Shown here: in pieces, positions 55,383 to 64,000 of the stretch | How positions within the stretch are numbered: position 1 is the first letter of the stretch | How the letters are laid out: each line of letters opens with the position of its first letter | DNA from: Lysobacterales bacterium | Lineage (GTDB): Bacteria; Pseudomonadota; Gammaproteobacteria; Xanthomonadales; SZUA-5 | Reading direction: 5' to 3' | Assembly (NCBI GenBank): GCA_050250665.1 | Contig: JBFWOF010000035.1 | Span: forward strand, 1,406 to 65,405 | Length of the DNA stretch: 64,000 bases | The notes under the pieces: generated by a model | Database searches by the model: none | What the model saw: the letters and a program-made list of their open reading frames with translations, nothing else | What the model was told of the DNA's origin: nothing | Translations under genes and position numbers: made by a program

Positions 55383-56506
55383 GTGTGATCGGTGGCGGCC
55401 AGCTGGCGCAGATGATGGCGCTGGCGGCGATGCCTCTGGGCCTGCGCGTGCACGCGCTCGATCCGGCGGTGGACGCCTGCGCCGGCGACGTGGCTCCGCT
55501 GGAAGTGGCCGCTTTCGATGATCTGGCGGCCCTGCATCGGTTTTCCGACATCTGCGACGTCATCACCTTCGATTTCGAGAATGTCTCGGCGCCGGCGCTG
55601 GCCGAACTGGCAGCGCTGCGTCCGGTGCGACCCAACCCGCTGTCACTGGCGACCGCCCAGGACCGGGCCGCGGAAAAGGCGCTGTTTGCCCGCATCGGCA
55701 CCGCAGTCGCACCCTTTGCCGTGATCAACCGTCGCGACGAGATCGACGCTGCGGCCAGTTCGGTGGCCTTTCCGGCAATCCTGAAGACACGCCGCTTCGG
55801 CTACGACGGCAAGGGCCAGATCAATGTGCCCGAGGCCGCCGCGCTGGCCGATGCCTGCACCCGCCTGGGCAACGCGCCGTGCGTGCTGGAAAGCCGGGTG
55901 CGCTTCCAGCGGGAGCTGTCGATCGTCGCGGTGCGCGGGCTCGACGGGCAGATGCTGTGCTATCCCCTGGTCGAGAATCTGCACGTGGACGGCATCCTCT
56001 CGGCAACGCTGGCGCCGGCGCGAGTGAGTGACACCATGGTGGCTGCGGCCCGACTTTGTGCCGAGCGCGTGGCCGAGGCGCTGGACTACATCGGCGTCTT
56101 CGCCATCGAGTTCTTTGATCTGGATGGTGTGCTGGTCGCCAACGAAATGGCGCCACGCGTGCACAACAGCGGTCACTGGAGCATCGAAGGCGCGGTCACC
56201 AGTCAATTCGAGAACCACATGCGCGCCGTGACCGGATTGCCCCTGGGCGACACGTCCGCCATTGGCGCTTCGTGCATGCTCAACTGGATCGGCGAGATGC
56301 CCGATCGCGCGGCCGCGCTGAGCGTGCCCGGACTGCATTGGCATGATTACGGAAAATCGGCCCGCGCCGGGCGCAAGGTCGGCCATGCCACCGTGACCGC
56401 ATCCGATCGGCGATCCCTGGCTGAGCGACTGATCCTGCTCGCAGAAAAACTCGAGCGCGGCGCCCAGATCGCACCGGTCCTCGAGCGCCTGAACACATCG
56501 GCATAA
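55373..56506 (+). CDS. purK: N5-carboxyaminoimidazole ribonucleotide synthase (ATP-grasp)
   Basis: Overlaps the purE stop. [19 protein letters not shown] and [12 protein letters not shown] blocks. Confidence 0.9.
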   Translation: MRVGVIGGGQLAQMMALAAMPLGLRVHALDPAVDACAGDVAPLEVAAFDDLAALHRFSDICDVITFDFENVSAPALAELAALRPVRPNPLSLATAQDRAAEKALFARIGTAVAPFAVINRRDEIDAAASSVAFPAILKTRRFGYDGKGQINVPEAAALADACTRLGNAPCVLESRVRFQRELSIVAVRGLDGQMLCYPLVENLHVDGILSATLAPARVSDTMVAAARLCAERVAEALDYIGVFAIEFFDLDGVLVANEMAPRVHNSGHWSIEGAVTSQFENHMRAVTGLPLGDTSAIGASCMLNWIGEMPDRAAALSVPGLHWHDYGKSARAGRKVGHATVTASDRRSLAERLILLAEKLERGAQIAPVLERLNTSA

Positions 56507-56572
56507 GCCAACGCCATCGCCTGTGCCGGTCTGCGGCTGTAGTCTGTATCCATCTTTCCGCCTGAGCTGATC

Positions 56573-57616
56573 ATGAGCCAGACTCTCCATCTGACCCGTC
56601 CGGACGACTGGCATCTGCATCTGCGCGAAGGCCCAACGCTGGCGGCGGTGTTGCCGCACACCGCGCAGCAGTTTGCCCGGGCGATCGTCATGCCCAACCT
56701 GAAGCCGCCGGTCACGACCACGGCGCTCGCCGCAGCCTATCGCCAGCGAATTCTGGCGGCGCTGCCGGCGGGCGTGGATTTCGAGCCGCTGATGACCCTG
56801 TATCTGACCGACCGTACTGCGCCCGATGAGATCCGGCGCGCGCACGCCAGTGGCTTCGTGCATGCGGTCAAGCTCTATCCGGCGGGTGCCACGACCAATT
56901 CGGACGCGGGTCTGACCGACCTCAGGCACGCCTGGCCGGCCCTGGAAGTGATGCAGGAGCTGGGCCTGGTGCTGTGTATTCATGGCGAAGCCGTGGATCC
57001 GGCCATTGATGTCTTCGACCGCGAAAAGCGCTTCATCGACGATCAGCTGATTCCTCTGCGCGCACAATTTCCGGCGCTGCGAGTGGTGTTCGAGCACATC
57101 ACCACCGCCGATGCGGCCGACTATGTACGCGAGGCTCCGGGTGACATCGCCGCCACGATCACCGCGCATCATCTGCTGTACAGCCGCAATGCCCTGTTCC
57201 AGGGCGGATTGCGACCGCACTACTACTGCCTGCCGGTGCTCAAGCGCGAGCAGCATCGCCTCGCACTGCTGGCGGCGGCGACCTCGGGCCATCCGCGCTT
57301 CTTTCTGGGCACCGATTCGGCGCCGCATGCGCGCGGCGCCAAGGAGAGCGACTGCGGTTGCGCCGGCTGCTACACAGCCTTGCACGCGCTGGAACTCTAC
57401 GCCCAGGCTTTCGAAAGCGTTGGAGCGCTGGATCGGCTGGAAGGTTTTGCCAGTTTCTTCGGCCCCGATTTCTACCGATTGCCGCGAAACTCGACTCAGG
57501 TTCGCCTCGTGCGTGAACCCTGGTCCATCCCCGCTCAGCTGCCGATGGCGCAGGACAGTCTGATTCCGCTGGCCGCTGGCACCCAGCTGGATTGGCGTTT
57601 CGCGGGCAGCGTCTGA
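56573..57616 (+). CDS. pyrC: Dihydroorotase (homodimeric type II)
   Basis: RPDDWHLHLREG, VMPNLKPP, KLYPAGATTNS and FLGTDSAPH blocks. Confidence 0.95.
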   Translation: MSQTLHLTRPDDWHLHLREGPTLAAVLPHTAQQFARAIVMPNLKPPVTTTALAAAYRQRILAALPAGVDFEPLMTLYLTDRTAPDEIRRAHASGFVHAVKLYPAGATTNSDAGLTDLRHAWPALEVMQELGLVLCIHGEAVDPAIDVFDREKRFIDDQLIPLRAQFPALRVVFEHITTADAADYVREAPGDIAATITAHHLLYSRNALFQGGLRPHYYCLPVLKREQHRLALLAAATSGHPRFFLGTDSAPHARGAKESDCGCAGCYTALHALELYAQAFESVGALDRLEGFASFFGPDFYRLPRNSTQVRLVREPWSIPAQLPMAQDSLIPLAAGTQLDWRFAGSV

Positions 57617-57643
57617 AGCCGGCGCAATCGCCGGATTGCGGCA

Positions 57644-57668
57644 GGCAGAGCGCGCATGGCGCTCTGCC
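57644..57668. terminator. Bidirectional hairpin between convergent pyrC and sodB
   Basis: GGCAGAGCGC-GCATG-GCGCTCTGCC, a perfect 10-bp stem. Confidence 0.6.
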
Positions 57669-57689
57669 CGTCAATCAGAACATCGGGTT

Positions 57690-58268
57690 TCAGCGCATCT
57701 GCGACGCGGCAAAGTCCCAGTTGACCAGGTTCCAGAAGGCTTCCAGGTACTTCGGACGGGCGTTGCGGTAGTCGATGTAGTAGGCGTGTTCCCACACATC
57801 GCAGGTCAGCAGCGGCTGGTCGTCGCCGGTCAACGGCGTGGCAGCGTTGCTGGTGCTGGTCAGCGCCAGGCTGCCATCGGCCTTCTGTACCAGCCAGGCC
57901 CAGCCCGAACCGAAGGTGCCGATCGCAGTCTTGGTGAACTCCTCCTTGAACTTGTCGAAGCTGCCGAAGGCGGCATCGATGGCCGCTGCCAGCGCGCCGG
58001 TCGGGGCGCCGCCGCCGTTGGGCTTCAGGCAGTTCCAGTAGAAGGTGTGGTTCCAGACCTGGGCGGCATTGTTGAACATGCCGCCGGAGGACGAGCGCAC
58101 GATCTCCTCCAGGCTCTGATTTTCCTGTGGCGTGCCCTTGATCATGTTGTTGAGATTGGTGACGTAGGTCTGGTGATGCTTGCCGTAATGGAAATCGATG
58201 GTTTCCGGCGAGATATGGGGCACCAGAGCGTCGCGGGCGTAGGGCAGGGCGGGCAGTTCTATGGCCAT
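57690..58268 (-). CDS. sodB: Fe/Mn superoxide dismutase (Fe type)
   Basis: [36 protein letters not shown] ... [11 protein letters not shown]. Confidence 0.95.
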   Translation of the reverse strand: MAIELPALPYARDALVPHISPETIDFHYGKHHQTYVTNLNNMIKGTPQENQSLEEIVRSSSGGMFNNAAQVWNHTFYWNCLKPNGGGAPTGALAAAIDAAFGSFDKFKEEFTKTAIGTFGSGWAWLVQKADGSLALTSTSNAATPLTGDDQPLLTCDVWEHAYYIDYRNARPKYLEAFWNLVNWDFAASQMR

Positions 58269-58353
58269 GACAATTCCTTTTGGCGATTGATCGGGGGATG
58301 CAGACCGGCGGGACGACGCCCGCTCGACCTGTCCATTTTAGCGGGTCACCCGG

Positions 58354-58905
58354 TTAAGCGGATGTGGCCCTGGCGGCATCGGCATATTTTGCCGGTGCTG
58401 GATTGACGTGACCGCAGGCCACGCAGCTGCGCCGGCTCAATGAGCCGTAGAAGCGATCGAAAACCGCCGGGAACTGGGTCTCGATGTTCTCCAGCGCGAA
58501 GAATTCCTCGTAGATCTTGTGGTTGCAGCGTTCGCAATACCATTGCAGGCCATCGAATTCGTGCGCCAGGCGCTTGCGTTCGATGACCAGTCCGATCGAG
58601 TCGGGCATGCGCTGGGGAGAGTGCGGAATCCCCGGCGGCAGGTAATAGATCTCACCGGCACGGATCGGCACATCCACGGCGCGGCCTTCCAGTTGCAGCC
58701 GCAGCACCATCTCGCCTTCGACCTGATAGAAGAACTCCGGGCCCTCTTCGACGTGGTAGTCGGTGCGCTGGTTCGGTCCACCGACGATCATGATGATGAA
58801 ATCGCCGTCGACGATGCATTTGTTGCCCACTGGCGGCTTCAACAGGTGTCGATGCTCGTCGATCCAGTTCTGGAAATTGATCGGGGCAGTCCACATGGCG
58901 GTCAC
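58354..58905 (-). CDS. 3-hydroxyanthranilate 3,4-dioxygenase
   Basis: Cupin blocks [20 protein letters not shown] and [14 protein letters not shown], plus a C-terminal CxxC...CxxC rubredoxin-like site (CERCNH, CVACGH). Confidence 0.9.
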   Translation of the reverse strand: MTAMWTAPINFQNWIDEHRHLLKPPVGNKCIVDGDFIIMIVGGPNQRTDYHVEEGPEFFYQVEGEMVLRLQLEGRAVDVPIRAGEIYYLPPGIPHSPQRMPDSIGLVIERKRLAHEFDGLQWYCERCNHKIYEEFFALENIETQFPAVFDRFYGSLSRRSCVACGHVNPAPAKYADAARATSA

Positions 58906-59041
58906 CGGCGGCTGGGATGGTGTCTAGGTTAGCGGATCAGGCGGCCGCCTGCGTCGGTCGGGCGCGGAACGCGCAACCGTAGGTTGGGCTAAGCGCAGCG
59001 TGCCCAACACGAGGGCGGAGCGTTGGGCACGCTGCGCGTAG

Positions 59042-59266
59042 CCCAACGGTCATGGCTGCGAGTCACTCGCCATCATCAAAGTCGCTGGTGCCATGACCGT
59101 TGCATAAGGTGTCTTGCCCAACCCCTGCCCAGCCCGTCCGGCCCGGCGGCAAGCCGCCGCGCGTTCGCAGGCGCGGCCGGCATGCCGGCCAAGCGCGCCA
59201 GGCTCACCCCCGAACATCGGGGAGGGAGCGACAGCACTCGTCTGAACGACGTTCACGGCAACCCAC
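59042..59266. repeat. Dispersed intergenic element (copy 2 of the 749-902 family, with a ~70-bp internal insertion)
   Basis: Shares both ends and the GGTCATGGC/GCCATGACC hairpin with copy 1. It is preceded by a GTTGGGC...GCCCAAC hairpin pair at 58981-59045. Confidence 0.85.
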
Positions 59267-59681
59267 ACTTCGCCACACACTTGAGCTCGATCGCGATCGG
59301 CGTGGGCAGCGCATCGATGCCGAGCGTGGTGCGGCAGGGTGCCGTGGCGATGTCGGGGAAATACTCGGCCCAGATCGCGTTGTAGGTCTGGAAGTCGCCG
59401 CTCATATGGGTCAGATACACGGTGACGTCGACCAGATCGGTCCAGCTGGCGCCGCAGCTTTCCAGCACGGCGCGCACATTGGCGAAGACCGAATGGCACT
59501 GCGCGGCAATGTCGTAGGCCAGCAGACTGCCATCGCTGGCGTAGACATTGCCCGGGATGGAATTGTCGACCGCCGAGCGTGGGCCGATGCCCGACAGGAA
59601 CAGCAGCTCGCCCACGCGTCGTGCATGCGGATAACGACCCACCGGTTTGGGGGCGCTGTCGGTCTGGATCGAGACGCTCAT
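59253..59681 (-). CDS. RidA/YjgF-family deaminase (2-aminomuconate deaminase-like by context)
   Basis: 142 aa with YjgF-type blocks (PKPVGRYPHARRVGELLFLSG, TLGIDALP..IAIELKCVA). It lies directly downstream of the aldehyde dehydrogenase. Confidence 0.7.
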   Translation of the reverse strand: MSVSIQTDSAPKPVGRYPHARRVGELLFLSGIGPRSAVDNSIPGNVYASDGSLLAYDIAAQCHSVFANVRAVLESCGASWTDLVDVTVYLTHMSGDFQTYNAIWAEYFPDIATAPCRTTLGIDALPTPIAIELKCVAKCGLP

Positions 59682-59708
59682 CGGAAGGGCTCCGTCAGGG
59701 AACGTGTT

Positions 59709-61163
59709 TCAGCAGGCAATGGCGACATTCTTGGCCTCGGTGAAGAAGCGCATGGCATCCACGCCGCCCTCGCGGCCGAGGCCCGATTGCTTGACACCGC
59801 CGAAGGGCGTGCGCAGGTCGCGTGCCATCCAGCAGTTGACCCAGACGATGCCGCTCTCCACGGCAGCGGCGAAACGGTGTGCGCGGGCCAGATCGCGGGT
59901 CCATAGCGAGCAGGCCAGGCCATAGGACGTGCCGTTGGCATATGCCAGTGCCTGATCTTCATCGTCGAAGGGCACCAGCGTAGCCACCGGGCCAAAGATT
60001 TCTTCCTGATTGACGCGGCAATAGGGATCGAGCTGATCGAACAGGGTGGGTGCGAGGAAATATCCGTCCTGGCAGCGGCCTTCCAGGCTCGGTCGGGTTC
60101 CGCCGACCAGCAGACGACCGCCCTCTTCGTGCGCCAGGTCGATGTAGCTCTGCACTTTCGCCAGATGCGCCGCCGAAACCAGCGCGCCGAGTTGGCACTC
60201 GGGATCGCGCGGATCGCCGACCTTCAACCGACTCACTGCGGCCACCAGCGCTTCGCGGAAGCGGGGCAGCAGGGAGCGCTCGACCAGAATGCGCGATCCA
60301 CACAGACAGATCTGGCCCTGATTGGAAAAGGCCGCGCGTACGCACTCGCTGACGGTGCGCTCGAAGTCGCAGTCGGCAAAGACCACGGTGGCGTTCTTGC
60401 CGCCCATTTCCAGAGAGAGCTTCTTGAACTGGCTGGCGGTCGTTGCCGCAATCGCGGCGCCGGTGGCGGTGCTGCCGGTGAACGAGATCGCCTTGACGCC
60501 GGCTTGGCTGACCAGCGCCTGTCCGCAGCGGGGGCCGCCGCCCTGCACGATATTCAGCACGCCGGCCGGCAGTCCGGCCTCCTGCGCGATCTCGCCCAGC
60601 AGCCAGGCCGTGACCGGGGTGATCTCGCTGGGCTTGGCAATCACACAGTTACCGGCCGCCAGCGCAGGGGCGATCTTCCAGCTGAGCAGGTACAGCGGCA
60701 GATTCCACGGACTGATGCAGCCGACCACCCCCAGGGGCTGGCGCAGCGTGTAGTTCAGCGTGCCGGCTTCGTCGTGATGGCTTTCCGAGGCCTGGGTCTC
60801 GGCCATGGCCGCGAAGAAACGAAAATTTGCAATGGCACGAGGGATATCCACAGTCCGGGCTACGGAGACCGGCTTGCCATTGTCGCGCGATTCTTCCTCG
60901 GCAAAGGCATCCAGACGTGCTTCGATCAGATCGGCCATGCGCCGCAGCAACTTCGCGCGCTGACTGGGTGGGGTACCCGCCCAGCTGCGTCGCGCAGTCT
61001 GCGCAGCAGCGACCGCCATATCGATATCTGCCGCATTGGAGTCTGGAACTTCGGCGTAGACCTTGCCCGTTGCCGGCTCATACACCGGCAGATAAGTACC
61101 CGAAGCCGGCGCCCGATAGTAGCCGTCGATGAAATTGGTCAACCGCAACAGGGAATCACGCAT
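59709..61163 (-). CDS. Aldehyde dehydrogenase (2-aminomuconate-6-semialdehyde / 2-hydroxymuconate semialdehyde dehydrogenase-like)
   Basis: 484 aa from MRDSLLRLTNFIDG. Blocks ISPWNLPL, EITP, ELGGKNA and NQGQICLCGSR. The longer upstream ORF extension has no support. Confidence 0.8.
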   Translation of the reverse strand: MRDSLLRLTNFIDGYYRAPASGTYLPVYEPATGKVYAEVPDSNAADIDMAVAAAQTARRSWAGTPPSQRAKLLRRMADLIEARLDAFAEEESRDNGKPVSVARTVDIPRAIANFRFFAAMAETQASESHHDEAGTLNYTLRQPLGVVGCISPWNLPLYLLSWKIAPALAAGNCVIAKPSEITPVTAWLLGEIAQEAGLPAGVLNIVQGGGPRCGQALVSQAGVKAISFTGSTATGAAIAATTASQFKKLSLEMGGKNATVVFADCDFERTVSECVRAAFSNQGQICLCGSRILVERSLLPRFREALVAAVSRLKVGDPRDPECQLGALVSAAHLAKVQSYIDLAHEEGGRLLVGGTRPSLEGRCQDGYFLAPTLFDQLDPYCRVNQEEIFGPVATLVPFDDEDQALAYANGTSYGLACSLWTRDLARAHRFAAAVESGIVWVNCWMARDLRTPFGGVKQSGLGREGGVDAMRFFTEAKNVAIAC

Positions 61164-61239
61164 GAGGATCGGTATGGACGGAATGTCCTGAGCATAAACC
61201 TCTGTGCGCGATTGTTCCGCATTGGCGCCGGTGGCGCGC

Positions 61240-62025
61240 CTACAACGCCAGCGTGCGCCCGCCATCGACGGCGATGCTGACGCCGGTGATGTAGGAGGCC
61301 GCCGGTGAGGCCAGGAAGGCGATGGCGGCGGCGACTTCGCTGGCATCGGCAAAACGCCCCATCGGCACGGCGCTGAGCATGCCGGCGGTGACGGCGCCCT
61401 CGTCGCTCTGGCTGGACTTGATCTTGCCGGCGATCAGGCTGTCGAGGCGCGCGGTGCGGGTGAAGCCGGGCAGCACATTGTTGACGGTGATGCCTTCTGG
61501 CCCGAGTTCGGTGGCCAGGGTCTTGGCCCAGGAGGCAACGGCACCGCGGATCGAGTTGGAGACGCCCAAGCCCTTGATCGGCTCCTTGACCGAGGTCGAG
61601 ATGACATTGACGATGCGCCCGTAGCCGGCCGCGCGCATGCCCGGCAGCGCCAGTCCGGTGAGCAGTTGGTTGCACAGCAGATGCTGGCCGAAGGTCTCCA
61701 GGAACTGGGCTTCGGTGGCGTGTTCGATGGCGCCCGGCGGCGGGCCGCCGGTGTTGTTGATCAGGATCTGTGCCGGATGCTCGGCCAGCCAGTCGCCGAC
61801 GATGCGCGCCAGGCCAGAGCGATCGGCATAGTCGGCAATCAGCGCGTGATGACGGCCCGGGTGCGTCGCCTGCAAAGCCTGAACCGCCTGCGCGAGCCGA
61901 TCCTGATCGCGTCCGATCAGCGTCACATCGGCACCCAGTTGCGCCAGTTCCAGGGCCGCCGCCCGGCCAATGCCCTGACTGCCGCCTCCCACCAAAGCGT
62001 GTCGTCCGCCTAGATCGAGTTGCAT
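61240..62025 (-). CDS. Short-chain dehydrogenase/reductase (SDR)
   Basis: GGGSQGIGRAAA cofactor motif, NNTG, and the S...Y(x3)K region in VKEPIKGLGVSNSIRGAV. Confidence 0.8.
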   Translation of the reverse strand: MQLDLGGRHALVGGGSQGIGRAAALELAQLGADVTLIGRDQDRLAQAVQALQATHPGRHHALIADYADRSGLARIVGDWLAEHPAQILINNTGGPPPGAIEHATEAQFLETFGQHLLCNQLLTGLALPGMRAAGYGRIVNVISTSVKEPIKGLGVSNSIRGAVASWAKTLATELGPEGITVNNVLPGFTRTARLDSLIAGKIKSSQSDEGAVTAGMLSAVPMGRFADASEVAAAIAFLASPAASYITGVSIAVDGGRTLAL

Positions 62026-62074
62026 GGATCACCCCGCTGGATTCGAGGGCTGCAGTCTAGCGGGGCCGGGTGGA

Positions 62075-62116
62075 GGTTGTCGGTTGTCGGTTGTCGGTTG
62101 TCGGTTGTCGGTTGTC
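62075..62116. repeat. Perfect heptanucleotide tandem repeat (GGTTGTC)x6
   Basis: Read directly. Intergenic, 50 nt upstream of the SDR start codon. Confidence 0.95.
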
Positions 62117-62123
62117 GGGGTGC

Positions 62124-62200
62124 GGGGCTCGGGACTCGGGACTCGGGACTCGGGACTCGGGACTCGGGACTCGGGACTCGGGACTCGGGACTCGGGACTC
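62124..62200. repeat. Heptanucleotide tandem repeat (GGGACTC)x10 plus one degenerate copy
   Basis: Read directly: GGGGCTC followed by ten perfect GGGACTC units. Confidence 0.95.
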
Positions 62201-62300
62201 GGGATGGGCAGCAGTAGCGCGGCTCCGGCACGCGTGTGCTGGGCTGAGCGCCTGCGGGGATTCGCGCCGGCGGCCGCGGCTCTGTGGACGGCACAGCTGG

Positions 62301-62398
62301 CGTCATTGCGAGGAGCGCAGCGACGAAGCAATCCAGTGCTTCTGAGGATGGGTGTCTGGATTGCTTCCCCCCGGATCAAGTCCGGGGTCGCAATGACG
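62301..62398. repeat. REP hairpin, CGTCATTGCGAG/GCAATGACG family (copy 3)
   Basis: CGTCATTGCGAGGAGCGCAGCGACGAAGCAATCCAG ... CTGGATTGCTTCC...GTCGCAATGACG. Confidence 0.85.
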
Positions 62399-62440
62399 CA
62401 GGGTCCCGTGCTCTGGACCTACAAGAGCTTTCCCGTGCCC

Positions 62441-62477
62441 CAACAACCAACAGCCAACAACCAACAACCGACAACCG
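62441..62477. repeat. Degenerate heptad array (CAACAAC/CGACAAC)x5, the inverted counterpart of the GGTTGTC array
   Basis: CAACAACCAACAGCCAACAACCAACAACCGACAACCG. The reverse complement of GGTTGTC repeats is GACAACC repeats. Confidence 0.8.
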
Positions 62478-62480
62478 CCG

Positions 62481-64000
62481 CTACTTCATCCCCTTCAGGC
62501 GCAGGCGAAATTCCACGCCCTGGCTATCGGGCAGGTTGCTGGCGGCGGCTTCACCCTGGTGCAGTTCTGCGATCAGGCGGACGATGTAGAGACCAAGTCC
62601 GAGGTGAGGGGAAACGGTGGCGCGGCCGTCGCGGACCGAGATCAGTGAGTCGAACAGGCGATCCTGCATCTTCTGCGGTAGCGGCGGGCCGTTGTTGGAC
62701 AGAACCAGATCGACGCTGTCCAGCCGTGGCTCCAGTGCCAGTCGGATCCAGCCGCCCGGCGGGCTGAAGCCGAGGGCGTTGTCGACCAGCTTGTCCAGGG
62801 CCTGGTGGATCAGTTCGGGCGCGCCGTGGAAGGGCACCGGATGCTCGGGCACGCTGACCCGGAATTCGCGGTCTTCGGCCAGATCGCGGTAGCCGGCGGC
62901 AGCACCGAGCAGGAACTCGCGCAGATCGAAGTCTTCGGCCTCGGCGCCGGCGATGGCGCTCTCGATGCGCGAGGCCTGTGACAGGGTTCGCAGCAGAGCG
63001 CCGAGGCGCTCGGCGCCGGAGCGGGCGCGCTCGGCATAGATGCGCGCCGATTCGGTCATGGCCTCCTGTTCGAGATTCTCCAGCGAGGACTTGACCACCG
63101 CCAGCGGCGTTGCCAGTTCGTGCGAGAGCTTGCCGCCGAGGGTGCGCAGATAATCGGTGTAGGCGCTGACCTGATCGAGCAGACGGCCGAAACTGCGCGA
63201 CAGATCGCCGATTTCGTCGACGCGCGTGGAGCGCGGGAAGCTGCCGATGACGCGACCCTCGGGGCTCAGCGCGTTCTCGGCCGCATTGCGCAGCTTGCGG
63301 ATGCGGAAGGACAGATAGCCGGCGTAACCGAACAGTATGGCGGCAGCGATCAACATGGTCAGCAATCCGCCCAGCAGCAGGCTGCCCAGGGCACGATTGG
63401 TCCACAGCAGCAGCGCATCGCTGGTCTGCTCCAGCAAGACCACGCCGCGGACATCGCCATCGTGCAATATCGGCACCGCCGCAGTCAGAATCACGCTGGC
63501 CTGGCTCGCTGCCGGGCGCCAGCGGGCGCTCGGTGTTCCGGTCAGCGCGTCATCGACCTGCTCGTTGGCCAGTTGCAGCAGATTGAAGGCATAGCCCTCG
63601 GTGCGCACCATCTCCGGCGCCAGCACATGGCGGTACACCAGCGCCCGCAACCAGCGCAGAAAGCTCAGATCGTCGTCGTCGTCGGAGATGTCGCTGCCCG
63701 GACGCAGGCTGCCGGTGCGCGCCAGCACGTAGCCGCCGCGGTCGAGCACGCGCATGCGGGTGTAGTCCGGCACCAGGCTGGGCAACAGACTGCTGTCCTG
63801 CCACAGCAGCGATACCGGTCGCCATTGGCGGGTATCGCCCCCGGTGCTGGCTACAGCCTGTGGCAGATCGGCGCCGGTCACCGGATAGTCGCGAACAGTC
63901 AGGCCGAGTTCGAAGCCCGGATCGGCCAGTGGCAGGCGCAGTTCAGCGCGGTAGCCACCGGGTCGCTCGATCCAGGCGGCCGGCAATGCAAAGCTGGGCT
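62481..64000 (-). CDS. Sensor histidine kinase (HAMP + HisKA + HATPase); N-terminus lies beyond the right edge
   Basis: H-box SHELATPLAVVKSSLENL. N/G boxes DNALGFSPPGG, DRLFDSLISV and GLGLYIVRLIAELH. TM segment LLLGGLLTMLIAAAILFGYAGYL. The reading frame is open to position 64000. Confidence 0.85.
   Translation of the reverse strand, partial: PSFALPAAWIERPGGYRAELRLPLADPGFELGLTVRDYPVTGADLPQAVASTGGDTRQWRPVSLLWQDSSLLPSLVPDYTRMRVLDRGGYVLARTGSLRPGSDISDDDDDLSFLRWLRALVYRHVLAPEMVRTEGYAFNLLQLANEQVDDALTGTPSARWRPAASQASVILTAAVPILHDGDVRGVVLLEQTSDALLLWTNRALGSLLLGGLLTMLIAAAILFGYAGYLSFRIRKLRNAAENALSPEGRVIGSFPRSTRVDEIGDLSRSFGRLLDQVSAYTDYLRTLGGKLSHELATPLAVVKSSLENLEQEAMTESARIYAERARSGAERLGALLRTLSQASRIESAIAGAEAEDFDLREFLLGAAAGYRDLAEDREFRVSVPEHPVPFHGAPELIHQALDKLVDNALGFSPPGGWIRLALEPRLDSVDLVLSNNGPPLPQKMQDRLFDSLISVRDGRATVSPHLGLGLYIVRLIAELHQGEAAASNLPDSQGVEFRLRLKGMK

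Noticed and set aside
61164-61352. N-terminal 63-aa extension of the aldehyde dehydrogenase ORF (MPMPAKSPPPSPS...).
   Set aside because: - It is a Pro/Ser/Ala-rich low-complexity extension that overlaps the 3' end of the SDR gene.
- ALDH homology begins at MRDSLLRLTNFIDG.
62075-62200. Possible CRISPR array.
   Set aside because: - The units are 7 bp and directly abutting, with no spacers.
- There is no leader and no cas genes. This is a microsatellite-type repeat, not a CRISPR array.
62020-62767. ORFs 62024-62767(+), 62029-62379(-) and 62010-62306(-), encoding SGLGTRD, VVGCRLS or PSPESRV repeats.
   Set aside because: - They are artefacts of translating the 7-bp tandem arrays. Seven is not a multiple of three, so all three frames cycle.
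- The downstream part of 62024-62767 is antisense to the histidine kinase gene.
1-64000. Prophage, integrative element, toxin-antitoxin or classical defence-system genes.
   Set aside because: - I saw no integrase, recombinase, transposase, phage structural, restriction-modification, Cas or TA-like ORFs.
- The only nuclease-like ORF is the GxxExxY protein, reported separately.

Overview
High-GC (roughly 65%) bacterial chromosomal segment. The petABC-sspAB and purEK-pyrC-sodB synteny looks gammaproteobacterial (Xanthomonadales/Nevskiales-like), but that placement is inference only. I recognised no rRNA, tRNA, CRISPR array, integrase or transposase.

Gene content, left to right:
(1) A dense REP/BIME field (1-930).
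(2) An arginine/polyamine-type cluster on 934-12245: a C45-like Ntn hydrolase, an ATP-grasp ligase paired with a 950-aa wing-domain Orn/Lys/Arg decarboxylase, a C-N hydrolase, GabT, an agmatinase-family ureohydrolase and a PuuC-like aldehyde dehydrogenase.
(3) A ~23-kb sulfur-oxidation island (12720-35795) holding:
- a rhodanese and a persulfide-dioxygenase-like MBL protein;
- three separate split YeeE/YedE-type transporter sets;
- a periplasmic double rhodanese and a SoxH-like MBL protein;
- soxCD-Y-[insertion]-ZAXB;
- a CsoR/RcnR-family regulator, a FadL-type outer-membrane channel and a DsrE-like protein;
- an octaheme tetrathionate-reductase-type cytochrome and a heptaheme-c/cytochrome-b fusion.
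(4) Housekeeping and mixed genes: GNAT, HAD, btaA/btaB-like betaine-lipid genes, a DegS-like protease, gdhA, petABC, sspAB, a Ser/Thr kinase-FGE fusion with a double-FHA partner, nadC, a large DUF1631-like protein, purEK, pyrC and sodB. These are followed by a 3-hydroxyanthranilate branch (3-HAO, RidA-type deaminase, aldehyde dehydrogenase, SDR) and a sensor histidine kinase that runs off the right edge.

Observations most worth a second look:
- An ~0.8-kb repeat-bounded cassette carrying a GxxExxY / PD-(D/E)XK-like ORF sits exactly between soxY and soxZ.
- A YeeE-half / catalytically dead rhodanese fusion ends in a SoxY-like GGGCG tail.
- The octaheme cytochrome sits beside the c/b-cytochrome fusion module inside the Sox island.
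- The decarboxylase + ATP-grasp pair lies in a Puu-like context that lacks PuuA and PuuD.
- The sulfur island is bracketed by inverted copies of one composite repeat.
- Long heptanucleotide tandem arrays lie upstream of the SDR/aminomuconate operon.

All functional calls come from reading motifs by eye. No database search was run.
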